From Candidatus Cloacimonadales bacterium (GTDB lineage Bacteria; Cloacimonadota; Cloacimonadia; Cloacimonadales; JAIOQZ01): 64,000 nucleotides of DNA. Position 1 is the stretch's first letter. Each line of letters begins with the position of its first letter. A program made the translations under genes and the position numbers. Shown here one piece after another: positions 30,892 to 39,613 of the stretch. The notes under the pieces were generated by a model, which did not search any database, was not told the DNA's origin, and saw only the letters and a program-made list of their open reading frames with translations. Location of the stretch: positions 2,016,001 to 2,080,000 of the forward strand of contig CAXXTU010000002.1 of NCBI GenBank assembly GCA_963662655.2, read 5' to 3'.

Positions 30892-32247
30892 CTACTTACC
30901 TCCCGCCCATTCGTGAAGGAATTTTCCGATGTCCGTATTGTCGATGTAGTCACCGTAAACCGGGTCGCTTCCCTTAACACTTTGCTGGAACTTCTGCGAT
31001 CCGTTTCCCTTTGAGAAGAGCGGCACGAGGGAATTCGTATGTTTGCGACCGTGCCATCTCAGTTCAGGAACCTGGCCTGCGCCCGACTGCGGAACGGGAA
31101 CGTTTTCGCTCATGTTCTCCAGGCTTCCGGGACCTGTCAGATAGCCGCATTCGTGATCAGCGGTGATAACAAGAAGATTCTCATCCCAGCCGCCGTGGCT
31201 TTCGATCCAGTTTACGACTGTTTCCACGGCATCGATAAAATCCTGCTGCTCCTCAATCAGTCTGCCCGTCTGGCTGTGGTGCGCAGCCCAGTCAACTGCG
31301 CCGCCCTCGATCATGAGGAAAAAACCGTCCGGATCGTCGGACAGGTTATCAAGCGCGACTTTCGATAGAAGCACAAGGTTGGGCAGGCTATCCTGGAATG
31401 GCACTTCGTATGGCATCGCGGTTCGATCGCCCTTGCGTTCCTGCTGCAACGTATGGTAGCATTTGGGTATTCCGAGGATACGCTTTGTATTATCTGTATC
31501 CACCGAGTTCTCAAACTCCGCAACATCGCTGATGAGAAACCAGGGATCCGGTGTGCCGTCGCCGTTGCAATCGCCAGCGTAAAAATCTATCTGCCCGTCG
31601 CTGTCGTGATCAAACGCGGTTGCTCCCTGCTGAAGCGCTTGCCAGACGGCTTCTCCGCCAACGTACTTGCATTTTCCGCCTGTCGGATATCCACAGCCGA
31701 TGATTACATCGACCTGGCTGGCGATCATTTGGTGGGCAATCTCCGTATAATAGGAACGTGACGGTTGATGAGCCACGAATCCCGCCGGGGTCGCGTGAGA
31801 AAACATAACCGTCGTGACGACGCCTGCTTTACGGCCATTTTTCTTGGCAAGCTCCGTGACGTTGGAAAGGGGATTCTTCTCCGTATCCATCCCGAGGATT
31901 CCTTTATACGTCTTCTCGCCGCAGGCCATAGCTGTCGCTGCCGCGGCAGAGTCCGTGAATTTATCGGCTATCCAGACCGAATCCGCCCATGCTTTTTGCG
32001 GATCGTACTCGCTATCGAGTGTGCAGGTCGCGACCGCCAGCTTCGTTGGAAACGCTTCCAGAACTTCCGGTAAAGCTTTGCCTTCAGCGTAATAACCCTG
32101 CGCATGGAAATGATTGAATCCAGCGCCATCCGAAATCATAAGGATCACGTTCTTCGGTTCTGCTTCACCTTTATACTGGCAGCAGATGAAGACGATGGTC
32201 GCAACAATGGCGACAAAAGCGAGGATGCAGATAATCACTTTATTCAT
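30892..32247 (-). CDS. phoA: Alkaline phosphatase
   Basis: 'NVILMISDG', 'TDSAAAATA', 'HATPA', 'EGGAVDWAAH', 'TADHE', 'HT'. ATG 32247 after GGAGG. Confidence 0.92.
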   Translation of the reverse strand: MNKVIICILAFVAIVATIVFICCQYKGEAEPKNVILMISDGAGFNHFHAQGYYAEGKALPEVLEAFPTKLAVATCTLDSEYDPQKAWADSVWIADKFTDSAAAATAMACGEKTYKGILGMDTEKNPLSNVTELAKKNGRKAGVVTTVMFSHATPAGFVAHQPSRSYYTEIAHQMIASQVDVIIGCGYPTGGKCKYVGGEAVWQALQQGATAFDHDSDGQIDFYAGDCNGDGTPDPWFLISDVAEFENSVDTDNTKRILGIPKCYHTLQQERKGDRTAMPYEVPFQDSLPNLVLLSKVALDNLSDDPDGFFLMIEGGAVDWAAHHSQTGRLIEEQQDFIDAVETVVNWIESHGGWDENLLVITADHECGYLTGPGSLENMSENVPVPQSGAGQVPELRWHGRKHTNSLVPLFSKGNGSQKFQQSVKGSDPVYGDYIDNTDIGKFLHEWAGGK

Positions 32248-32318
32248 GGAGCCTCCGCTTGATCGGATAATTCGCCTTCGATAATTCGTCAATATAAAAG
32301 GTGTGCTCTGCGATTCCC

Positions 32319-32535
32319 GCACGGCGGGGACGGCGCAGGAAGCCTCGTTGCCAAACACATACCCTCCTTCCGAATTTCATCCGATATACGGGCATGTGTT
32401 TGGCTTTTGAAGAGGCTTCCTGATTCGCATCCCGGGAGGGCTCAATGAGCCCTCCCGGGATGCGAATCGTGCGCGGTAGCGCACGCGCCGTCCCCGCCGT
32501 GCTGAGCATGTGCCATGCTCTTCTCTTCTCTCTCT
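32319..32535. other. Perfect four-way-junction palindromic element (REP/MITE-derived or ncRNA)
   Basis: Stems of 18, 10 (+11), 22 and 6 bp meeting with no unpaired junction bases, followed by a 7-bp hairpin and a pyrimidine tract. Confidence 0.75.
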
Positions 32536-32569
32536 GACCGACGACCGAAGCAGAATCGGGAAACTTTAT

Positions 32570-32598
32570 TTGACAGACAGTTACGGACTGTGAAAAAT
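32570..32598 (+). promoter_or_regulatory. Putative sigma70 promoter for the M23 peptidase gene
   Basis: TTGACA-17 bp-AAAAAT. Confidence 0.45.
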
Positions 32599-32654
32599 GG
32601 ATTTAACTTGCACAATGCAAGTTTGCAAAAATACATAATCAGGATTATAAAGCC

Positions 32655-33896
32655 ATGAAATACAGAAAATTAGGAATCCCCATCATCGTTGCAGCGCTTG
32701 CGTTGACGATTGTCATCATGCTTGTAAAATGCTCCGCAGTGCCGGAAGAACAGGAAATCATCCAGCAGGAAAATACGTACATCCCCGAGCCGACCCATAT
32801 CATGAAAGAGATTCAGAAGGGTGAAAGCATCTATCAGGTACTCACGGAGATGGGCGTAACCAACGACGCGGTCGCCGATTTCATTATATTCATGGGTGAA
32901 TACGTTGATATCAGCACCATACAGCCCGGCGACTCCCTCAAGGTCAAGTTCGCCACGGATGGCGCAACAATCGAGGAGATCATCTACAAGCCCGACCTTA
33001 CCACGTCTCACATCATGTATAACTACGGCGATTCTCTCTCCTACGGCTACATTCAGGAGCCGGTGGAGGAAAAGCTCAGGATGATAACCGGTGAGGTAGA
33101 GAACACGCTCGATGCAGCCCTTTTGAGCGCCGGACTAGAAGCGGCCGTCAAGCAGGCGGTGAACAACACGCTGGAAGCCTCGATCAGCTTTCAGACAGAT
33201 ACCCGCAAGGGCGACGTATTCCACGTACTGCTTAAAGAACGCTATTTTCATGGCGAAAAACTGCCTCGGGCCAAGCTGGTCTACGCCTCCTACAAGGGCA
33301 AGGTTGCAGGATTCAAGGAGGCCTTCCGTTACAATGACGACGATGTCTCTTCCGCGCTGAACGGCATGTTCAGTCCCGAGGGAAAAGCGCTTGTTCACAA
33401 CGCCGTGCGCACCCCGCTCGATTACATGCACGTGACCTCGCCTTTCGGAAAAAGAATCCACCCGATCTCCCGCAAGTGGAAGATGCATCTGGGCATGGAC
33501 CTCAGGGCCAGAGTAGGAACCCCGGTCTATGCCGTTGCGGCGGGAAAAGTAACCAGCGCAGGGCCGAACGGCGGTAATGGCAAGGAAGTCCGGATCAAGC
33601 ACAACGACATGCTCACGCACTACGCCCATCTGAGCAAGGTATATGTCAGAAAGGGCCAGGTCGTCAAGAAGGGCACGAAGATCGGTCTTACGGGCAATAC
33701 CGGTTATTCGGCGGCTCCACACCTTCATTTCGGTTTGCAGAAGAACGGGAAGTGGATCAACCCGAAGAATCTCCGCATGGTCGGGGCGCAGAAGCTCAGC
33801 GGAGACAAGCTTGACCGTTTCAAGGGACAAATGGCGATTATTAAGCAGGATGTTTCCCGCCTCTCCCCTGCGGATGAGAATGTCTTCCCGCTGTAA
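32655..33896 (+). CDS. M23-family peptidoglycan DD-endopeptidase (MepM-like)
   Basis: 'TSPFG.R.HP', 'HLGMD' (HxxxD), 'YAHL', 'PHLHF' (HxH). N-terminal TM segment. Confidence 0.92.
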   Translation: MKYRKLGIPIIVAALALTIVIMLVKCSAVPEEQEIIQQENTYIPEPTHIMKEIQKGESIYQVLTEMGVTNDAVADFIIFMGEYVDISTIQPGDSLKVKFATDGATIEEIIYKPDLTTSHIMYNYGDSLSYGYIQEPVEEKLRMITGEVENTLDAALLSAGLEAAVKQAVNNTLEASISFQTDTRKGDVFHVLLKERYFHGEKLPRAKLVYASYKGKVAGFKEAFRYNDDDVSSALNGMFSPEGKALVHNAVRTPLDYMHVTSPFGKRIHPISRKWKMHLGMDLRARVGTPVYAVAAGKVTSAGPNGGNGKEVRIKHNDMLTHYAHLSKVYVRKGQVVKKGTKIGLTGNTGYSAAPHLHFGLQKNGKWINPKNLRMVGAQKLSGDKLDRFKGQMAIIKQDVSRLSPADENVFPL

Positions 33897-34213
33897 TTAA
33901 TTCCAGAAATATAACATTTAGCCTTTTGTATCAAGAAAAAATTTAATGTGACGATATAACAGTTTCCACGAAAAAGAGATCGTGCTTGTATGCGATATCG
34001 CTCTGAAAAAAAGTCTATTTTTCAGTAACACCCTGAGCGTTTTTCTGTTATATTATTGCTGTATGATCGAATACAATTTCCGTTATGAGAGATTATAACT
34101 TGGGAAAATAGAGGGCGGAAATTGTTATTAGAGAGGATTTTCCGATTGAGATATCCAATGACTAAATGACATCTCATTCGGAAAACCGTACAATTACTTT
34201 CAAGGAGGTACTT

Positions 34214-34345
34214 ATGATTGTTTTGTCAGATTATTCAATAGCTCCTAAACCCAGTACAAACCCGAACCTCCCAAAAGAAAAAGGAAAAAAAGAGCCTGCA
34301 AAAAAAGATTCTGGAAACTCGAAAGAAAAAAACGAGAAGAAGTAA
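34214..34345 (+). CDS. Small Lys-rich protein, 43 aa (below the ORF-track cutoff)
   Basis: AAGGAGGT RBS, ATG 34214, TAA 34345 and its own terminator. MIVLSDYSIAPKPSTNPNLPKEKGKKEPAKKDSGNSKEKNEKK. Confidence 0.65.
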   Translation: MIVLSDYSIAPKPSTNPNLPKEKGKKEPAKKDSGNSKEKNEKK

Positions 34346-34368
34346 AAACTGCAGTTGCCATTTATATG

Positions 34369-34410
34369 AAAGGCGATCGATATCGGTCGCCTTTTTCTTT
34401 TGTTTTTTTA
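34369..34410 (+). terminator. Intrinsic terminator after the small ORF
   Basis: AAAGGCGATCG / CGGTCGCCTTT stem followed by a long T-tract. Confidence 0.85.
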
Positions 34411-34525
34411 TCTTGTCACATGCCGTTCGATCCCCTCTCTAATGGGATCGTCAATTATAAATCTCTGAAATCGTTTTCGTATATCGCCCTCAACCCTTGA
34501 CAATTTTCGGAATAAAAAATCAATG

Positions 34526-34668
34526 ACCCTATCGCCGAGCTCAGCCCACCTAAACGGTAATGATCCGCACGGTACTGAGCCGATAGGGTAACTCGGGAAA
34601 CCGGATTGCCTCCCTTTTGGAAAGGCGAGAGCTTATCTCGTACTCCAAAGCAATTTTTTTTTTGGAGG
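34526..34668 (+). ncRNA. Moco/Tuco-class riboswitch (P3-less variant) with expression platform
   Basis: Colinear match to recalled Moco-motif blocks CCGAGC...CCTAA...GCC..AGGG...GAAA...GCCTCCC...TGGAAAGG. P1 TCGCC/GGCGA, P2 GCTCAG/CTGAGC, GAAA-tetraloop P4, anti-SD CTCCAAA. Confidence 0.85.
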
Positions 34669-34673
34669 AAATA

Positions 34674-36305
34674 ATGAATAACACTGTATTTCATCTTGAA
34701 GTACCCCAGAATGAACCGATTCTCTCGTACGCTCCCGGCACATCCGAGAGAAAGCTTCTGAAAACTGAACTCGAGCGCCAGGAATCCACGCAGATCGAAA
34801 TTCCTCTGATTATCGGAGGCAAAGAGGTTCGAACCGGCAACACCGACAACGTCGTCATGCCATGCGATCACAAACACGTTCTTGCGACCTACCACAAGGC
34901 CGGTGAGGCCGAGATCAAGCTGGCTATCGAGTCGGCCCTTAAAGCGAAGAAGGACTGGGAAAACCTCTCGTGGGTGGAAAGGGCCTCCATCCAGTTGAGG
35001 GCGGCAAACCTGCTCTCTACCAAATATCGCTGGCTGATCAATGCATCGACCATGCTCGGGCAGGGCAAGAACCCATTCCAGGCCGAAATCGATTCCGCAT
35101 GCGAAACCATCGATTTCCTGCGCTACAACGCCTACTTCGCATCCCAGATTTACTCGAACCAGCCCAAATCGGGCTTCGACCAGCTCAACCGTCTCGAGTA
35201 TCGCCCCTTGGAAGGATTCATCCTGACCGTTACGCCGTTCAACTTCACGGCAATCGCCTCAAACCTCAACATGTCCGTCGCGCTTATGGGAAACACAACG
35301 GTCTGGAAACCGGCGACGACCGCGCTCCTCTCCAACTACTATCTCATGAAGGTATACCAGGAAGCCGGAATGCCGGATGGCGTTATCAACTTCATACCGG
35401 GCAGCGGCGCGCTGATCGGAAACGTCTCTCTCTCCGATCCAAGCGTCTCGGGCGTCCACTTTACAGGCTCAAACAACACCTTCAACCACATCTGGAAAAC
35501 CGTTTCCAAAAACCTGAGTTCCCTGCATTCCTACCCTCGCCTCGTTGGCGAAACCGGCGGCAAGGACTTCATCTTCGTCCACAATTCGTCCGATCCGGCG
35601 CAAGTCGCAACCGCCATCGTGCGAGGATCTTTCGAGTACCAGGGACAGAAGTGCTCCGCTGCCTCCCGCGGATACATCCCCCGCTCGATGTGGAAGGAAG
35701 TTCGCGGTCTGCTTGAGTCCATGATCGGCGAGATCAAGATGGGCGACGTCCGTGACTTCAGCAACTTCGTCAACGCCGTCATAGACGAGAAAGCCTTCGA
35801 CAGCATCATGGGCTACATCGATAAAGCCAAGAATGCGGACGACGCGGAAGTCATCATCGGCGGAAACGGCGACAAGTCGGAAGGTTACTACATCGAGCCG
35901 ACCATCATCCTCACCGAAAATCCCAACTTCGTCACCATGGAAGAAGAAATCTTCGGCCCCGTCATGACCATCTACGTCTACGACGACGAGAAGTTCGAGG
36001 AAACGCTGGACATCTGCGACAAGACGTCCCCGTACGCTCTCACCGGCGCGGTTTTCTCCAACGATCGCTACGCCTTCGTGAAAGCATGTCAGAAACTCCG
36101 ATACGCCGCCGGCAACTTCTACATCAACGACAAGCCGACCGGCGCAATCGTAGGGCTCCAACCCTTCGGCGGATCTCGAGCCTCCGGTACAAACGACAAG
36201 GCCGGCGGACCGCTCAACCTCATGCGCTGGGTCAGCCCACGCACCATCAAGGAAACCTACAACCCGCCTACCCATTTCAGGTACCCATTCCTGGAATCGG
36301 AATAA
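34674..36305 (+). CDS. pruA: Delta-1-pyrroline-5-carboxylate (L-glutamate gamma-semialdehyde) dehydrogenase
   Basis: 'NEP...YAPG..ER', 'AEIDSACETIDF', 'TPFNFTAI', 'FTGS', 'GETGGK', 'FEYQGQKCSA', 'EIFGP', 'GSRASGTNDK'. ATG 34674 after GGAGG. Confidence 0.95.
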   Translation: MNNTVFHLEVPQNEPILSYAPGTSERKLLKTELERQESTQIEIPLIIGGKEVRTGNTDNVVMPCDHKHVLATYHKAGEAEIKLAIESALKAKKDWENLSWVERASIQLRAANLLSTKYRWLINASTMLGQGKNPFQAEIDSACETIDFLRYNAYFASQIYSNQPKSGFDQLNRLEYRPLEGFILTVTPFNFTAIASNLNMSVALMGNTTVWKPATTALLSNYYLMKVYQEAGMPDGVINFIPGSGALIGNVSLSDPSVSGVHFTGSNNTFNHIWKTVSKNLSSLHSYPRLVGETGGKDFIFVHNSSDPAQVATAIVRGSFEYQGQKCSAASRGYIPRSMWKEVRGLLESMIGEIKMGDVRDFSNFVNAVIDEKAFDSIMGYIDKAKNADDAEVIIGGNGDKSEGYYIEPTIILTENPNFVTMEEEIFGPVMTIYVYDDEKFEETLDICDKTSPYALTGAVFSNDRYAFVKACQKLRYAAGNFYINDKPTGAIVGLQPFGGSRASGTNDKAGGPLNLMRWVSPRTIKETYNPPTHFRYPFLESE

Positions 36306-36321
36306 ATCGCTTTCTCGCTCC

Positions 36322-36355
36322 AACGCCCGACATCAGTCGGGCGTTTCCTTTTTTC
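36322..36355 (+). terminator. Intrinsic terminator of pruA
   Basis: AACGCCCGAC / GTCGGGCGTT followed by TCCTTTTTT. Confidence 0.8.
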
Positions 36356-36369
36356 GCGCAGCACTTCCA

Positions 36370-36497
36370 GTTCGCGAGCAGATTGGTTCGATCCTCTCTT
36401 CAACGTGGTGTTCCACAGCGTAGCTTTTTTTCAACACTCCTTTCGGAGCTGTGGTATATCCACGTTGAAGAGAGGATCGGGCGAAGATGCCGCGAAC
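36370..36497. repeat. Structured dispersed element, copy 2
   Basis: Hairpin 36386-36408 / 36460-36482 with the same conserved cores as the copy at 23.7 kb. Confidence 0.8.
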
Positions 36498-36591
36498 GTC
36501 CCACGCTTGCTTACATCCAGGATACAACGTGAAAAGAGCCGCAGAATAATGATTCCGGCGGCTCTCGGTGCATTGGGATTTCCTGACAATA

Positions 36592-38940
36592 CTACTTCAT
36601 GAGTAGCGCTTTCCTGATTTTTGTGCTTTCGTCTGTCTGAAGCTTGAAAAAATACACACCGCTCGAAACCGCTGATCCACTCTCGTTCGTACCATTCCAC
36701 GTCACCTGATGCGTTCCCGCAGGCATTACGGCATCGATCAGATTCACGACCCTCTGCCCTCTGATATTATAAACCGCGAGCTTCACATTACCCTGTTTTA
36801 TAGTGAATGAGACTGTCGTGGATGGATTGAACGGATTGGGGTAGATCATTATTTCAGTTGAAACAGGAACGATATCCTCTTCGTCTTCGCTCATGTTGCT
36901 GTTGGCTGCACCCGGAGTACCATAATTCATACTCGAAGCCTGCCAGCTTTCAGCGAGCGCGTTGTCGCTCTCGGGATCCATCAGTTCAAGAGTCGGGCCA
37001 TTGCCATCCGGCTCTGTCGGCCAGGGAGATTCGTCATCGTATTCGACAGAATCGATCAGATTTTCGTTCGTGTCGTACAATCGAAGAAGTTCGCCACCTC
37101 CGCTCAATCCGAAACCGACATCTCCCACATAATTGCTCACCCCGGGGAAATACTGCATGAACAGTTCTTCGCTCTCACACAATACGAGATATGCGTTCGC
37201 GTCAAGAATCGTGCCGTCGGGAATCTGGAATGCATGGCTGTCGTCCTCATCCTTGAATACCCAGCCCGAAAGGTTTACCGATTCAGAGCCGGGATTGTAT
37301 AACTCGATCCAGTCCTCGGTATCGTGGTCGTCCGGCGAATTGTAATTGATCTCGTTGATCACGACATCGCCTGTTTCGCCTTCCACATCGATCGTTTCGA
37401 ACTCGTACTGTGCTCTTGCCGGAAAAAAGGCCCCCTGATTCGCATTCTCAGCATAGATATAGTAGTCAATATCGCAATACCCGGCTGTTAAAAACGTTCC
37501 ATACACGCCGTCCCCGGATGCGCCGTCATCGTGTGCTCCATCATCGTACATTGCCACCTCGGTGAACGGGTCGGACGCGTTACCGCGGTACCCGAGAGAA
37601 ACGTTCAAGGCATCGTCCACCTCGACGGTAATCGTAATCTGCTCGTCGGGAGATGCGGAAGCCGGATCAGTTGCAACATTCGCGATCTCGGGTACCGTCC
37701 CCTGGAATGCTGATGAACCAAGAAGGTAATCGACGCGTACATCCATCAATTGCACAATCCCGACAATAGCTCCACCACCGCCGCCGCCGCCGCTATATAC
37801 AGTTGAATTTACATTCGCCTGGAAATTGGCAAACGAGTAGAAGAAATTGGGGTCGTTCTGCACATCGTTCTCAATCATGTCCTGAAGCTCGTTTGCCCGT
37901 GTTTCGTACCAGCCGTTCTCGAACACTTCTTCGATCATCGTTCTCATGTGGGCAATATATCTTCTTTTATATGTATTGTTGCTCAGGACATTGCCGATGA
38001 TCGGATAGTATGAGCTGTTGATATTATGCAGCGGGTCGAGGTGCTGCAATTCCGTGGTACTCTGCTCGTCGTAGGGCAGGAACCGCGTGAAACCGCCGAA
38101 CGCCATATTCATGTCCCACAGGATGGGATTGAAATGATCGGATGCATCCTGAAACAGGTAGTAGTTGTGACCGAAATTGATGGGACTGTCCAAATGCACC
38201 AGAAGATTGGAGAACGCGAGAAACCACAGATGGTTATCGATATTTAACACATCCTCAATATAGTCTGTGTCGTTGTTGAACACGTTGAGGAAGTTGATCA
38301 GCTCGTCCCAGCCGGTATCCGATTCCAACTCGTAATGATCGTAGTACGATGTTGAATCCGCGCCCTCGTATCCCCAGATCGGGAACATGCTGTTCGGGCC
38401 GTCGCTCACTTCCCCTTTGAAACGAGCTTTCTCACTTGTGTTGAAGTGGCTACTCATGAAATACTTGTCCACATCCTGACAACTCGTGTAGATACCGATC
38501 AGCTCGCCATTGACATAAACATTGGCGTAATTCGCCAGACCGGCCGGCATGTAGTTGCGAGCAATCTCGTAAGCGAGCGTCTCACGCACCAGCGAAGGAT
38601 CGTGAAAGCCGTTAGCCAGCTTGATCGTGCCGTAGTTGTCGATCAATTGATCGTCGATCACATAGTCGAGCTTGATGTTAAACGGGTTTTTTTCACGGTT
38701 TGGCGAGTAAGAGCTATTCCCCTTATATCGAACGCCAACGCTGTCGTATTGTACACCGTTGATCACGACTGTCCCCAGGAGGCGATCCTCACCGACTGCG
38801 TAAAGCTGGTCGAGAATCTGATCCCAGTTGTCTTGCTCGAATGTAAGCTCGATCTCGTTTATCTGCTCAATATCGTAAAAATCCTGCGCTGAAATCTGAA
38901 ACAGGGTTATCATCATTATTACTAGAAAAGTCCACTTCAT
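36592..38940 (-). CDS. Secreted CotH-family kinase with lamin-tail domain and C-terminal sorting domain
   Basis: 'GVRYKGNSS', 'RETLAYEI', 'HNYYLF', 'ILWDMNMAFG', 'VVINEINY..DWIELYN', 'YPNPFNP...KALLMK'. Confidence 0.88.
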   Translation of the reverse strand: MKWTFLVIMMITLFQISAQDFYDIEQINEIELTFEQDNWDQILDQLYAVGEDRLLGTVVINGVQYDSVGVRYKGNSSYSPNREKNPFNIKLDYVIDDQLIDNYGTIKLANGFHDPSLVRETLAYEIARNYMPAGLANYANVYVNGELIGIYTSCQDVDKYFMSSHFNTSEKARFKGEVSDGPNSMFPIWGYEGADSTSYYDHYELESDTGWDELINFLNVFNNDTDYIEDVLNIDNHLWFLAFSNLLVHLDSPINFGHNYYLFQDASDHFNPILWDMNMAFGGFTRFLPYDEQSTTELQHLDPLHNINSSYYPIIGNVLSNNTYKRRYIAHMRTMIEEVFENGWYETRANELQDMIENDVQNDPNFFYSFANFQANVNSTVYSGGGGGGGAIVGIVQLMDVRVDYLLGSSAFQGTVPEIANVATDPASASPDEQITITVEVDDALNVSLGYRGNASDPFTEVAMYDDGAHDDGASGDGVYGTFLTAGYCDIDYYIYAENANQGAFFPARAQYEFETIDVEGETGDVVINEINYNSPDDHDTEDWIELYNPGSESVNLSGWVFKDEDDSHAFQIPDGTILDANAYLVLCESEELFMQYFPGVSNYVGDVGFGLSGGGELLRLYDTNENLIDSVEYDDESPWPTEPDGNGPTLELMDPESDNALAESWQASSMNYGTPGAANSNMSEDEEDIVPVSTEIMIYPNPFNPSTTVSFTIKQGNVKLAVYNIRGQRVVNLIDAVMPAGTHQVTWNGTNESGSAVSSGVYFFKLQTDESTKIRKALLMK

Positions 38941-39089
38941 TTATCCTCCCGTGCATGGCCTCTTTATACCCAGCACGTTATTAGTGACATACCCTTACAG
39001 AAAATACTGCGATATATTTGCCAAAAACACACATTTTAAATTCGGTTCTGTATTGAATTGTCGGCGCAGGAGTGAAACACGGTCGGCTA

Positions 39090-39557
39090 TTAGCTAGCTG
39101 TATGGTTATTCCAGGTTCCGGGCTCATCGACGATAAAATCGGCACAAACCTTGTAGAAAGGCAATCGGGCTGTGTAGAGATCATGGATATCCTGCTCTGT
39201 TTTCCCCTGTAAAAGTGGCCTGTCGCTGTTTCTGATACGATTCCAGAGTAAATCCCAAGGAACATCGAGGAAGATCGTCGTGTGCTCCGGTCGCATCAGA
39301 AAGTCACGGTTCGTTTCCGATTCGACGATTCCCCCACCGGTCGCGCAGATCCCATCACCGGTCATGGTTTCAAGGAGTTCCGATTCGATCTCGCGGAAAA
39401 ACTTTTCGCCGCGCTCCCGGAAAATCACGGGGATCGTCATGCCGGTCTTTTCCTCGATCAGTCTGTCCAGATCATAGAACGGGCAGCCATGTTTCTCGGA
39501 GAGGCGCTTTCCTGCGGTGCTTTTCCCACAACCCATGAAGCCAATCAGAAATACCAC
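39090..39557 (-). CDS. aroK: Shikimate kinase
   Basis: 'LIGFMGCGKST', 'DLD', 'GE..FR.IE', 'ATGGG', 'RPLL'. Confidence 0.95.
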   Translation of the reverse strand: MVFLIGFMGCGKSTAGKRLSEKHGCPFYDLDRLIEEKTGMTIPVIFRERGEKFFREIESELLETMTGDGICATGGGIVESETNRDFLMRPEHTTIFLDVPWDLLWNRIRNSDRPLLQGKTEQDIHDLYTARLPFYKVCADFIVDEPGTWNNHTAS

Positions 39558-39568
39558 ATCATCCTCAC

Positions 39569-39600
39569 AAAAAAAGGGCGGTCTGAAACAACCGCCCTCT
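39569..39600 (-). terminator. Intrinsic terminator after rpsA
   Basis: Minus strand AGGGCGGT / ACCGCCCT followed by a T-tract. Confidence 0.8.
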
Positions 39601-39613
39601 ATATTCCAACAGA

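Noticed and set aside
32265..32292. Pho box upstream of phoA (GATAATTCG direct repeat)
   Set aside because: Spacing is 14 rather than 11 bp and the sequence does not match CTGTCAT-type boxes.
34617..34673. N-terminal extension of PruA from TTG 34617
   Set aside because: Lies within the riboswitch. The GGAGG SD supports ATG 34674.
36400..36470. Integron attC site (AAC...GTT inverted ends)
   Set aside because: Does not fit RYYYAAC/GTTRRRY, the spacer next to the core is paired, copy 1 lacks the AAC, and there is no integrase or cassette array.
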